A stretch of DNA of 64,000 nucleotides from Candidatus Marinacidobacterales bacterium (GTDB lineage Bacteria; Acidobacteriota; Vicinamibacteria; Marinacidobacterales; SMYC01): the NCBI GenBank assembly GCA_965224085.1, contig CBDCYI010000011.1:928001-992000 (forward strand). Direction: 5' to 3'. Both the position numbers and the translations under genes were made by a program. Position 1 is the first letter of the stretch; each line of letters begins with the position of its first letter. Positions 1 to 9,627 of this stretch are shown one piece after another. The notes under the pieces are model-generated. The model was given only the letters and a program-made list of their open reading frames with translations, made no database searches and was not told the DNA's origin.

Positions 1-312
1 CTCGACAAGAAGCTTTCGGCGCGGCAAATCCGGACGACCGTCGCCTATGACAACCTGACGAAACGGTACAGCCTCACCCGAGAGATTGACGGCGAGATCG
101 ATGCCACGGAAATCGTGGCGGATGTTTCGGCTATGAGGCGTTTCATGACGACGTTCGCATCCATGCTTCTCTTCGACAATGCGCTCATGGTCCCGAACCA
201 GGAGTACTATCTTCGGGTCAATGGGATCATGAAGGACCGCAACCTGCTACTGCTTATTCCTTGGGACAGCGGTGCCGATTGGCGCGAGGCCCACTTCACC
301 TATCTGCCATAG
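1..312 (+). CDS. DUF4390-like protein, 5'-truncated by window edge
   Basis: Open frame from base 1 (LDKKLSARQIRTTVAYDNLTKRYSL...) to TAG at 312; YDNLTxxY motif and position directly upstream of ntrY-ntrX are typical of DUF4390. Confidence 0.7.
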   Translation, partial: LDKKLSARQIRTTVAYDNLTKRYSLTREIDGEIDATEIVADVSAMRRFMTTFASMLLFDNALMVPNQEYYLRVNGIMKDRNLLLLIPWDSGADWREAHFTYLP

Positions 313-316
313 ATCA

Positions 317-2596
317 ATGACAGCGCGAGAAACGATGAGCGACCACGAGGCACCCGCGAGAAAAGAGGCCAAAGACGGCGTCCGTTTCGTCGCACCCTCG
401 GTGCTATTGCTGCTCGGTGTGACGCTCGTCAGCACCTATCTTATCGGTAAAGCGGAGTCCTTCAAGCCCGACTACATGGCGCGGGCCTTTTTGTTCGGGT
501 TCACGCTTGTCATATGGGCGCTCTTATTGGTCCTCACTTTCGTCCTCGGCCGGAATCTCATCAAGTTGTTTCTCGAGAGAAAGCGCTCGGCGCGCGGGGC
601 GAAATTCAAGACCAAGTTGGTCATCATCTTTATCAGCTTGGCCCTTTTGCCTTCGGCGCTCATCGTCCTCGTGGGAAGTCGCCTCATCTCGGCCTCGGTC
701 GACCGGTGGTTCTCTCATCCTGTCGAAGAGGTGCTCGTGGGAGCGCAGGATGTCGTGGAGCATTACTTTCAGGAAAAACAGGACCATGCGACGTTCTACG
801 CGCGCAGTCTTTCGGGAGAGATTGGAGAATCGAGGCTTTTGACGCCGGCTCGTCTCTCTCTTCTGAGCCGCACGATGAACGATCGTCTCAATCGCTACCG
901 TCTCGACATGGTCACGGTCCTGTCGGTCGATGGGCCGCTGTGGACGTCCGCGCGTCCGGGGCTTGCTCAATACAACCCGGACTCCACGATCCGTCTTGCC
1001 GAGACCGGCCTCCGCGGCGACGAAACCTTGCGCCTGGATTCCCTCGGGGATGGCACGCTTGTCCAATACGTCTCGCCGATCTTCAAAAGCGGAACACGGG
1101 ATGTCGAAGGGTCGGTCGTCGTGTCGTTTTTGATCCCCAAGAGCCTCGCGACGACGCTCGAGATGGTCAACCGCCAGGCCAACGTCTACCAACAGGCGGA
1201 AGCGCAAAAAGAGCCGATCCAGGATTTGTATCTCTCCTTTTTCGTGATGGTCTCACTTCTTCTCTTGCTGTCGTCCACCTGGATAGGCCTCTATCTCGCA
1301 AAGCGGATCACGGGCCCAGTCGGCCAACTCGTCGAGGCGACGGAGAGAGTGATGGCCGGCGATCTGGATCATCCTGTCGCGGGCGCAGCTTTAGACGAGC
1401 TCGGACTTCTGATGGAGTCCTTCAATCGCATGACGGCACAGCTCAAAGCGAGCCAGGATCACTTGGAGTCCTCGCGTCATGATCTGGAGATCAAGAACCG
1501 CGAGCTCGACCGTCGCCGCGCGTATATGGAAACCGTGCTCGAGAACATCACCACCGCGATCATTTCGCTCGATCGTGACGGCTTCGTGACGCGGTTGAAC
1601 GAATCTGCGATCCGAATGTTGCATCTCGATGCCGGGCTCGAAGGCCGCCACTATCGGGACGTGTTTGACGACAACGAGCGTTCTGCGCTGCGGGTCCTGC
1701 TCGATGAAGTTTCTCGTAAGGAGCTCCGGGCGCCGATCGAAGAGGAGCTCGATGTCACCGTCCAGGGACGCGAGCTTCACTTGTCCGTCTACGTCACGGC
1801 GCTGAGCCGTTCGGAAGATGTGCCTTCGGGGCTTCTCCTCGTCCTCGACGACCTCACGCAGTTGCTGCGTGCCCAAAAAGTCGCTGCGTGGCGAGAAGTT
1901 GCCCGCCGTCTCGCGCATGAGATCAAGAATCCGCTCACGCCGATCCAGTTATCTGCTCAACGCATACGCAAACACTTTCGCTCACGCTCAACCGATCTCG
2001 CGCGCATCCTGGAAGAGGGGACGGGCACGATCATCGAAGAAGTGGACTCGCTCAAGACGCTCGTCGATGAGTTTTCCCAATTCGCCCGGATGCCCTTGGT
2101 AGCGACAGAGCCCCAGGCGCTCACGCCGCTTCTCAAAGGAATGCTCGATCTCTATGACGGGCTATTTGCCGATCTCGTCATCACCAAGCGTTTCGCACGG
2201 GACGTGCCGCGGGTTCTCGTCGATGCCGAGCTTATCCGCCGCGTGTTCATCAACATCATCGACAATGCGGTGGAGGCGAGTGGCGAGAAAGGCGAGATCG
2301 TCATCGAGACCAGCTATGATCCCGAGCGTTCGATGGCCAGCGTCGAGATCGCGGATGGCGGGCCCGGGGTCTCCCCCGAGGAGCAAGACAAGCTCTTCTT
2401 GCCCTACTATTCGACGAAGCAACGCGGGAGCGGCCTCGGGCTCGCTATCGTCAAGCGCATCGTCGCCGAGCACCACGGTCACGTTCGGGTCGAGAAGAAC
2501 CTTCCGAAAGGGGCACGCTTCGTGATCGAGCTCCCGGTGGAGGTGACACCGTCGCACCAGGATGTCGAGCAGGCCTCGATCACCGGCAAGTCTTGA
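317..2596 (+). CDS. ntrY: NtrY-like membrane sensor histidine kinase (TMs, HAMP, PAS, HisKA, HATPase)
   Basis: AWREVARRLAHEIKNPLTPIQLSA H-box; N, G1 and G2 boxes (NIIDNA, DGGPG, GSGLGL); start could be 317 or 335. Confidence 0.88.
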   Translation: MTARETMSDHEAPARKEAKDGVRFVAPSVLLLLGVTLVSTYLIGKAESFKPDYMARAFLFGFTLVIWALLLVLTFVLGRNLIKLFLERKRSARGAKFKTKLVIIFISLALLPSALIVLVGSRLISASVDRWFSHPVEEVLVGAQDVVEHYFQEKQDHATFYARSLSGEIGESRLLTPARLSLLSRTMNDRLNRYRLDMVTVLSVDGPLWTSARPGLAQYNPDSTIRLAETGLRGDETLRLDSLGDGTLVQYVSPIFKSGTRDVEGSVVVSFLIPKSLATTLEMVNRQANVYQQAEAQKEPIQDLYLSFFVMVSLLLLLSSTWIGLYLAKRITGPVGQLVEATERVMAGDLDHPVAGAALDELGLLMESFNRMTAQLKASQDHLESSRHDLEIKNRELDRRRAYMETVLENITTAIISLDRDGFVTRLNESAIRMLHLDAGLEGRHYRDVFDDNERSALRVLLDEVSRKELRAPIEEELDVTVQGRELHLSVYVTALSRSEDVPSGLLLVLDDLTQLLRAQKVAAWREVARRLAHEIKNPLTPIQLSAQRIRKHFRSRSTDLARILEEGTGTIIEEVDSLKTLVDEFSQFARMPLVATEPQALTPLLKGMLDLYDGLFADLVITKRFARDVPRVLVDAELIRRVFINIIDNAVEASGEKGEIVIETSYDPERSMASVEIADGGPGVSPEEQDKLFLPYYSTKQRGSGLGLAIVKRIVAEHHGHVRVEKNLPKGARFVIELPVEVTPSHQDVEQASITGKS

Positions 2597-2624
2597 CGGC
2601 TGGCGACGGGACCGAGCAGCGCTA

Positions 2625-3977
2625 ATGTCCAAAGAACGAATTCTCGTCGTGGATGACGAGGCCGGGGTGCGCTCGTCGCTTCAAGGCATTCTCGAAGACG
2701 AAGGTTATCGCGTCGATACCGACTCGTCCGCCGAGGCCGCCTTGGCCCGGCTCTCTGGCGGCGGGTACGATCTCGTGCTTCTCGACATCTGGCTCCCCAA
2801 AATGGATGGGATCCAGGCTCTCGAAAAGATGATCGACGACGAGCTCGATACGCCCGTCATCATGATCTCGGGCCATGCCACCATTGAGAGCGCGGTCAAA
2901 GCGATTCAGCTCGGCGCTTACAACTTCGTGGAGAAGCCGCTTTCGCTCGACAAGACGATCATCGCGGTCCAGAACGCGCTTCGCCAAGGACGGCTCGAGC
3001 AGGAAAACCGCTATCTCCGCGAGCGCTTCGAAGCGCGTCAAGTCTTGATAGGGTCGAGTCCGGGCATGAGGGAGCTCAAAAAGCAAATCGGTATCGCCGC
3101 GCCCACCAATGGCAGAGTGCTGATCTTCGGAGAGAATGGAACAGGCAAGGAGGTCGTGGCGCGCTCGGTCCATACGCAATCGCTTCGGAGTAAGGCGAGC
3201 TTCGTGGAAGTCAATTGCGCGGCTATCCCCGAAGAGCTTATCGAAAGCGAGCTCTTCGGTCACGTGAAGGGCGCCTTTACCGGTGCTGTATCAGACAAGA
3301 TAGGGAAGTTCGAAGCGGCGGATGGAGGGACGTTGTTCCTCGATGAAGTGGCCGATATGAGCGTCAAGACTCAAGCCAAAGTGTTGCGCGTGCTCCAGGA
3401 GCAGAAGTTCCAGGCGGTGGGCAGCACCGAATCCATCGGCGTGGATTGCCGCGTGATCGCCGCGACGAACAAAATTCTCGAAGAAGAGATCCGTGCCGGA
3501 AACTTCAGAGAGGATCTCTATTTCCGGTTGAACGTAATCCCGTTCCACATGCCGCCCTTGCGTGAGCGTCGCGAAGACATCCCTGCCCTCGTGACGCATT
3601 TCGTCGCGGGCTTCTGCGCCGAGTACGGGAAGCAGACGAAAGATCCGACCGCGCAGGCGCTCAAGCGGCTCGTGGCCTATCAGTGGCCTGGCAATGTGCG
3701 CGAGCTAAAAAACGTCATCGAGCGGCTCGTCATCATGGTGACCGGGGACGTCATCGAAGTCTCGGATTTGCCTCTGGCGCTCACCCGCGGTGGCGACGGG
3801 CCCTTCGAAACGCTCGGAGACTTCCCGTCTCTCGCGAGCGCTCGCGAAGCCTTCGAAAGGCAGTTCATCGTCGGCAAGCTTCGCGAGAATAACGACAACG
3901 TGACCAGAACTGCCGAGGCCCTCGGTATCGAGCGCTCGCACCTTTATCGAAAGATGAAGGCGTATTCCATTAAGTGA
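2625..3977 (+). CDS. ntrX: NtrX-like sigma-54-dependent response regulator (REC-AAA+-HTH)
   Basis: ILVVDDE and LLDIWLP receiver; GENGTGKE Walker A; ESELFGH..GAFTGA; C-terminal Fis HTH; start trimmed to ATG 2625. Confidence 0.9.
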   Translation: MSKERILVVDDEAGVRSSLQGILEDEGYRVDTDSSAEAALARLSGGGYDLVLLDIWLPKMDGIQALEKMIDDELDTPVIMISGHATIESAVKAIQLGAYNFVEKPLSLDKTIIAVQNALRQGRLEQENRYLRERFEARQVLIGSSPGMRELKKQIGIAAPTNGRVLIFGENGTGKEVVARSVHTQSLRSKASFVEVNCAAIPEELIESELFGHVKGAFTGAVSDKIGKFEAADGGTLFLDEVADMSVKTQAKVLRVLQEQKFQAVGSTESIGVDCRVIAATNKILEEEIRAGNFREDLYFRLNVIPFHMPPLRERREDIPALVTHFVAGFCAEYGKQTKDPTAQALKRLVAYQWPGNVRELKNVIERLVIMVTGDVIEVSDLPLALTRGGDGPFETLGDFPSLASAREAFERQFIVGKLRENNDNVTRTAEALGIERSHLYRKMKAYSIK

Positions 3978-3993
3978 TCCGCGGTTCTTGTTT

Positions 3994-4070
3994 GCTACCT
4001 GCCGCCTGCTACCATCGCCAATCGGTCTCGAATGGTCTCCAATATGTGTCGGGAGCAGGTAGCGGGTAGC
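3994..4070. repeat. Intergenic heptamer-based inverted repeat (17-bp stem)
   Basis: gctacctgccgcctgct (3994-4010) pairs with agcaggtagcgggtagc (4054-4070), with 1 mismatch and 2 G-U pairs. Confidence 0.7.
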
Positions 4071-4192
4071 CGGGAGCAACGGTGGCGTCGGCCCTTTGAA
4101 CAATGCCGACGCCCAATTCCAGACTATCTTTGTCCTAAAATAAGAAGTATATTTCTTGGCGACTGTTCGAGTAAACGCAGCCAGGCAGCGAT

Positions 4193-5059
4193 TTGGAGAA
4201 AGACAGAGAGAAAACGGGCGAAGCTACCGCTAAAGCCGTCTCCTCACCCACCTCGTCCGCGGAATCGTTAAAGGGTGACGCATTGCTGCGTCAAGGCGAG
4301 GAGCTCTTTGCGCTGGGGAACTTCTCCCAAGCGATTCATGTATGGACGAGGATCTTGTTCCTCGAGCGTGGCCACGCGCAAGCACGCCTAGCCATCGAGC
4401 GTGGCAAGAAGGCGGTCGCCGAGCAGCATCGCCTCCTCGATATGGAACTCGCGGCCGCGAGCGAGCTTCTCGAGCGTGGAGAGAGCGAGCAAGCCGCGGC
4501 GAAGGTGCGGAGCGTGCTTTCGCTCGACCCGCGTAACCACGAGGGCCACCATCTCGCGGGACGGATCCATGCGGCTGCGCGCCGGAGTGAGACGGGGCCG
4601 AGCATCCCGGCGCGCGGGCTCTCGCCGGCGACCAAGCGTGGTCTATTGCTGCGCGTCTCGTCCACGCGTCCTGAGAAGCGCCTGGCTCATGCTTCGCCGC
4701 TCAAGATGGCCGGCTTCGTTCTCGGTGCGATACTCGTCTTCGCATCCGGTGCGCTCTACCTGCATCTCAACTGGGAATCCATCGTGAGTGACGGCGCGTT
4801 TCGCGGCGGTGGTGCGCTATCCCGCGCGGTCGCGGAGCGTGCGGCCGTGCCTCTTCCGGCGACGTCGGAGCTTCGCTATTTCAACGGAGCGCGGCTTTTC
4901 GCGAAGGGCCGTTATCGGGACGCGCTCGATGAGCTCAGCCTCGTCGAACGGGACTCCGCGGTCGCCGAGCGAGCGCGCGGACTGATCTTGAGGATCGAAG
5001 AGCGGCTCTTGCGAGACGTGTCGGAGCTTGGAGCGAACGAACCCAACGAAGCGAGGTGA
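4193..5059 (+). CDS. TPR-like membrane protein of unknown function
   Basis: TPR-like helices (GEELFALGNFSQAIHVW; GARLFAKGRYRDALDEL) and one TM helix; overlaps the next ORF by 4 nt. Confidence 0.7.
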   Translation: MEKDREKTGEATAKAVSSPTSSAESLKGDALLRQGEELFALGNFSQAIHVWTRILFLERGHAQARLAIERGKKAVAEQHRLLDMELAAASELLERGESEQAAAKVRSVLSLDPRNHEGHHLAGRIHAAARRSETGPSIPARGLSPATKRGLLLRVSSTRPEKRLAHASPLKMAGFVLGAILVFASGALYLHLNWESIVSDGAFRGGGALSRAVAERAAVPLPATSELRYFNGARLFAKGRYRDALDELSLVERDSAVAERARGLILRIEERLLRDVSELGANEPNEAR

Positions 5060-6009
5060 GTGCATTGTTGTGCGAGTGTTGTGGTACCGAGCTCGATCCC
5101 GTCATGGTCATTTGTTCAGCCTGCGGGGCCCGCGTTCGCCACGGCAGGGAAGAAGTCGACTGGCGCCAGCAGGTGCGCGAGACGGTCGAGCGGCACAAGG
5201 AAAAAAGGCGCCGGGAGCAGTCGCGGCACGATGCAGAAGCGCGGCAGCTTTCGATCTTTCCCGATATGTCCGAAGAGGACGAAGAGAGTCGAGTCGTCCG
5301 CAAGCGGCGCGCCGAGATTCGGGCTCGCGTCGAGGAGCGGCTAAACAAGGCCCCACGACAGGCGCCTATCGCCCGGCGCCGCGACGTCGGCGAAGTGCGC
5401 CTTGCCCACCGCGCCGCGGCTGCCACCATGCCAGATTTCTCTCGCGAGCCCGATCCAAGGATGGCAGAAATGCCGGCAACCCCGGCGATCATGGACCCGA
5501 GCACGGGGCCATTCGAGCCGCTCAGCGAGAGGAGCGTGGAGCTCGAGCTCGACCGGGACCCCGAGAGAGAAGCGGCCAACGAACCGTTCACGGCTTTCGG
5601 CCTTGCTAGCCCTGGCGAGCGCGTGCTCGCGGGTCTCATCGATTTGGCCTTCGTCTCGCTCATCCAGTTCACACTCTTTTATCTGACGACGCACCTCGTC
5701 GCGCAACGTCTCGATGCGCTGCCGACTTCCGCGGTTATTTCGATGAGCCTCGTGGGGCTGGTTCTCGCTGCGAGCTACTTTCTCTTTTTTTGGAGCCTTT
5801 CGGGGCAGACTTTAGGGAAGCTGCTCACAGGTGGGCGCGTGGTGACGACCGCGGATGGACCGCTCGGTTTTCGCCGAGCTGCCACACGACTCGTGGGGAC
5901 GGTCCTCTCTGTGCTGCCGCTTGGTGCCGGGTTTTTCGGCATGTGGACCGACTTCGACAGACGCGGCTGGCACGATCGCATCGCGGGTACGAAAGTCGTC
6001 CGCGGCTGA
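5056..6009 (+). CDS. RDD family membrane protein with N-terminal zinc ribbon
   Basis: CECC...CSAC; ERVLAGLID, GQTLGK and RGWHDRIAGTKVV RDD motifs. Confidence 0.85.
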   Translation: MSALLCECCGTELDPVMVICSACGARVRHGREEVDWRQQVRETVERHKEKRRREQSRHDAEARQLSIFPDMSEEDEESRVVRKRRAEIRARVEERLNKAPRQAPIARRRDVGEVRLAHRAAAATMPDFSREPDPRMAEMPATPAIMDPSTGPFEPLSERSVELELDRDPEREAANEPFTAFGLASPGERVLAGLIDLAFVSLIQFTLFYLTTHLVAQRLDALPTSAVISMSLVGLVLAASYFLFFWSLSGQTLGKLLTGGRVVTTADGPLGFRRAATRLVGTVLSVLPLGAGFFGMWTDFDRRGWHDRIAGTKVVRG

Positions 6010-6057
6010 ATTAATGAACTCGCACGGACCCTAAGGGCCGTCGAGATCGCTTGCGTC

Positions 6058-7749
6058 GTGGATCGTCTTTTTCTAACTAACCTCGTGCACGAGATCGAAC
6101 CGGCTCTGCGTGGTCGTCGTTTGCGCTCCGCCTCGGTCGATGCTTCGGGGCGTGTGCTTTCCCTGTCGCTGAGCCCTCCGCGGGCGCGTGAGCTCGTGTT
6201 CCACACCGGGCCAGCCCTGCCCGGTCTCTTCCTCGATAAGGGTGCGGCAGAAGCCTCGAGCTCGCCCCGAAGCCGAAAGTTGACGAAGCTTTTGGCGCCC
6301 TCCGTCGTCACATCTCTCGAAATGTCTGCCGTCGATCGCGTCGTCACGCTGACTCTCGAAAAAACGCGTCTGAGCGGTAAGAAAAAGACCTTCGTCTTGG
6401 TCTTCGAAATCGTCGCGAATCGTGGGAGCGCTTACATCGTCGACGAACAGAGCGTCCACGTCGTCGAATGTTTCCCCGCCAAAGGTAGCCGACTCTCGAT
6501 CGGCGAGCCTTTCCAAGCCTTGGATCCTCCGCCGCAGGCCTCGGCCGCCGTCGAGGAGGGCGACGTGTTCGAGCGACGTCTTGCAGGAAACGGTCAAAGT
6601 GAGCTCCTCTACGCGACCGGATGGACGCCCCTTCTCGTGAAAGAGTTGCGCTACCTGATGAGCCGGGGAGCGAGCGCGCGGATGGCCTTCGATACTGTGT
6701 CGGCGCGACTCGGCCGCCGCTGCGCCTGCGCGTACACCAAGCCCAAACCGTTTGACGACGTGGGCCCTATCGTGCTGCTGTCACCGATCGAGCTCGAGCA
6801 CGTTTCCGGCTACGACGCGAGGCCCATGTCGAGCTTTAATGAAGCGATGACGGTCTCTGCCAGCATGAACGTCGATGCCGAGCGCATCCGCGCCGCGCGC
6901 AGGCGCATCGCATCTGCCCTGGGCCGTCGCCTGAAAACTCTGAAAGCGCTCGAGGTCAAGCTTCGTCGTCGGCGCGAGAACCTTCAGGATGCGCTCCGCC
7001 TTCGCCGCGATGGCGAGCGCCTACTTGCGGGACTCGGTCGGGTCGAGCGTGTAGGCGATGGGAAGGTGCGCCTTCCCGATCCTTACGACCCGGAGGGGAA
7101 GTTGGTCGAGATGACCATCGATCCACGGTTCGATCTCGCCGCGAATGCAGAGCGATTGTTCAAGCGCTCGCGCAAATCGGAGCGCACCCGCCTCGAGCTC
7201 AAAAAACGTCTCGAGGCGATCGAGCGTGAGATCGGTCACGGCGAAGGCCTCTCGATGAGTCTCGCCGACGCGACCGAGCTCGACGAGCTCTTCGCTCTCG
7301 AGGACGAGTTCATCGAGCAGGGCACGCTCGCCCGGCCCCGGGGGGCGGCACGCACCGCGAAGCGCGCGCACAAGCTCCCACCACGAAAGTTCCGCTCCTC
7401 CTGCGGCTCAGTCATCCTCGTGGGCCGTTCCGCGCGCTCGAACGAGGACGTTACGTTTCGTCTGGCCAAGCCTCATGACCTGTGGCTCCACGCGAACGGT
7501 GTACCGGGGTCGCACGTCGTGTTGAGGCTTGCCGATGGTCGAGAAGAGATAGACGAGGATGTGATGGAGGCGGCGGCTCTGGCGGCGTACTTCAGCAAAG
7601 CGCGCGACGACGATCATGTCGACGTGACGGTTACAGAGCGCCGGAACGTCCGCAAGATAAAAGGGGCACCTCCGGGGCTCGTCAAAGTCTCGAACGCGAG
7701 GACGGTGCGCGTCGCTCCCGCGGCGATCCGACCCGAAGTTGTACTATGA
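6058..7749 (+). CDS. rqcH: NFACT/FbpA family protein (RqcH/Rqc2-like ribosome quality control factor)
   Basis: N-terminal DR and E motifs, coiled coil, C-terminal NFACT-R (VGRSARSNE, LWLHANGVPGSHV, AAALAAYFSKAR, KIKGAPPG). Confidence 0.8.
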   Translation: MDRLFLTNLVHEIEPALRGRRLRSASVDASGRVLSLSLSPPRARELVFHTGPALPGLFLDKGAAEASSSPRSRKLTKLLAPSVVTSLEMSAVDRVVTLTLEKTRLSGKKKTFVLVFEIVANRGSAYIVDEQSVHVVECFPAKGSRLSIGEPFQALDPPPQASAAVEEGDVFERRLAGNGQSELLYATGWTPLLVKELRYLMSRGASARMAFDTVSARLGRRCACAYTKPKPFDDVGPIVLLSPIELEHVSGYDARPMSSFNEAMTVSASMNVDAERIRAARRRIASALGRRLKTLKALEVKLRRRRENLQDALRLRRDGERLLAGLGRVERVGDGKVRLPDPYDPEGKLVEMTIDPRFDLAANAERLFKRSRKSERTRLELKKRLEAIEREIGHGEGLSMSLADATELDELFALEDEFIEQGTLARPRGAARTAKRAHKLPPRKFRSSCGSVILVGRSARSNEDVTFRLAKPHDLWLHANGVPGSHVVLRLADGREEIDEDVMEAAALAAYFSKARDDDHVDVTVTERRNVRKIKGAPPGLVKVSNARTVRVAPAAIRPEVVL

Positions 7750-7756
7750 GCCTTGG

Positions 7757-9016
7757 ATGAAAGCCGCGATCCTGGCCATCGGCGACGAGCTCCTGGCACC
7801 CGGGCGAGCCGAAGCGAACTCTGTTTTCTTGACGGACGAGCTCGCCAAACTGGGGATACCCGTCGTGTTTCGCGCCGTCGTCCGAGATGACCAAGCCTCG
7901 ATCGAGGTGTTGCTAGGCCACGCCCTATTGGGCGCGGATGTGGTGTTTTTGACCGGTGGGCTCGGGCCGACTTCCGATGATGTGACCCGCGACGCTGCCG
8001 CCCGTGCGCTGTCACTTGAGATGGAGTTCGATGCGGAATGGCTCGAACGCATACAAAAGAGGTTCGACCGTCGCGCCGTCGCCATGCCCGAGGTGAACCG
8101 AAAGCAAGCGATGGTGCCACGGGGCGCGGACTTGCTTCCGAATCGCTGTGGTACGGCGCCAGGTCTCTGGATGCCGGTGGATGGTGAAAAGGCCGTCGTC
8201 CTGTTGCCGGGGCCTCCGGTGGAGCTCAGGCCCATGTTCGAAGCCGAAGTCGAGCCGCGGCTCAGCCAACGGGCCGGCGATGAGGTTTATGACGTTCGGA
8301 AGCTTTGGGTTACCGGACTCGCGGAGTCCGCGGTGGAGCAAAGGATCTGCGAGACCTATCGGCGCTACCAAAACCCCGCCACGACGATTCTCGCCTCGGC
8401 GGGCCAAGTCGAGATTCGGCTGGTGGCGACGGGCGCGAGTGCGGACGAAGCGGCGGCCGCGAACGTACGGCTCGTCGCCGAACTGCGCGCGCTACTCGGC
8501 GATCACGTTTTCAGTGAGTGCGAAGAGGAGCTCGAGAACGTCGTTGGGCAGCTTCTCGTCTCGCAGGGAAAGCGCATCGCCGTCGCCGAGTCGCTCACCG
8601 GTGGTCTCATCGCCGATCGCCTTACCAATGTCCCTGGCGCGAGTGCCTATTTCGACGAAGGCTTGGTGACGTATAGCAACGAAGCAAAGACCTCGGCGCT
8701 CGCGGTTCCCGCTGAGCTCTTCGAAAGCGTCGGAGCGGTAAGCGAAGAGGTGGCGCGCGCCATGGCGGCCGGCGCGCGAGCGCGCACCGGAGCGGACCTC
8801 GCGGTGGCTGTGACGGGAATCGCGGGCCCTTCGGGGGCGAGCGAGACGAAGCCGGTGGGGCTCGTCTATATTGGTCTCGCGAGCGGCTATGGGGTACGCG
8901 TCGAGAAATACCAGTTCCCTGGCGCCCGGCTCCAAGTAAAGCGTTGGACCTCGCAGGCCGCGCTGAATCTCGTCCGGCTCGAGTTACTCGAACCCCGCCG
9001 AGATGTGAGCGTGTGA
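7757..9016 (+). CDS. cinA: Competence/damage-inducible protein CinA (MoCF domain plus NMN deamidase)
   Basis: IGDELL, TGGLGPTSDD, LPGPP, AESLTGG, TYSNEAK, GAVSEEVA and TGIAGP motifs. Confidence 0.93.
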   Translation: MKAAILAIGDELLAPGRAEANSVFLTDELAKLGIPVVFRAVVRDDQASIEVLLGHALLGADVVFLTGGLGPTSDDVTRDAAARALSLEMEFDAEWLERIQKRFDRRAVAMPEVNRKQAMVPRGADLLPNRCGTAPGLWMPVDGEKAVVLLPGPPVELRPMFEAEVEPRLSQRAGDEVYDVRKLWVTGLAESAVEQRICETYRRYQNPATTILASAGQVEIRLVATGASADEAAAANVRLVAELRALLGDHVFSECEEELENVVGQLLVSQGKRIAVAESLTGGLIADRLTNVPGASAYFDEGLVTYSNEAKTSALAVPAELFESVGAVSEEVARAMAAGARARTGADLAVAVTGIAGPSGASETKPVGLVYIGLASGYGVRVEKYQFPGARLQVKRWTSQAALNLVRLELLEPRRDVSV

Positions 9017-9588
9017 GGATTTTTTTGGGCATCGAGCTTTCCGCCAGGCTGAGGACCCGGATCAGCGATCTGCAAGACGATTTGCGTCCTCGGCTCCGCG
9101 CGGCGCGATGGGTGCCAGCTGCGAACTTGCATCTCACGGTGCGCTTCGTCGGCGAGACGTCTGCCGGGCGTGCCGACACCCTTCGCGCAAACCTCCGCGC
9201 GCCGATTCGCAAGACAGGCACGTTCGAGCTAGCCTTCTCGGGACTGGGGTGTTTCTCGCGCGTCCGGCAGCCTCGAGTGCTATGGATTGGCGTTCTGCCT
9301 GTGGGCGATACATTATTGGAGCTGCAACAAAGCGTCGAGAGTGTGATGCGCCGCGCTGGGTTTGAGGCCGACGCGCGTCCGTTTCGCCCACATCTCACGA
9401 TAGCACGGCTCAAACAGCGCGAAACCGCGCTTGTGATGGCGCTCGCGGACTACTTGGAGCACGCGTGGGGGTCGATGTCGGTGAGCGAGGTCGTCCTGCT
9501 CGAGAGCCGGCTATCCGCTTCCGGCGCCCGTTATCATGTGCTCGAGCGATTTGGTCTCGGTGGGACGAACCGAGAACAGGCAGTATAA
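9013..9588 (+). CDS. thpR: RNA 2',3'-cyclic phosphodiesterase (2H phosphoesterase)
   Basis: Two HxT motifs (HLTV, HLTI), PRVLW; GTG 9013 overlaps the cinA stop; cinA-thpR linkage is common. Confidence 0.9.
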   Translation: MRIFLGIELSARLRTRISDLQDDLRPRLRAARWVPAANLHLTVRFVGETSAGRADTLRANLRAPIRKTGTFELAFSGLGCFSRVRQPRVLWIGVLPVGDTLLELQQSVESVMRRAGFEADARPFRPHLTIARLKQRETALVMALADYLEHAWGSMSVSEVVLLESRLSASGARYHVLERFGLGGTNREQAV

Positions 9589-9627
9589 TAAAAAGTTACG
9601 AGAATCTTAGAATCAGCACAAACGCGT

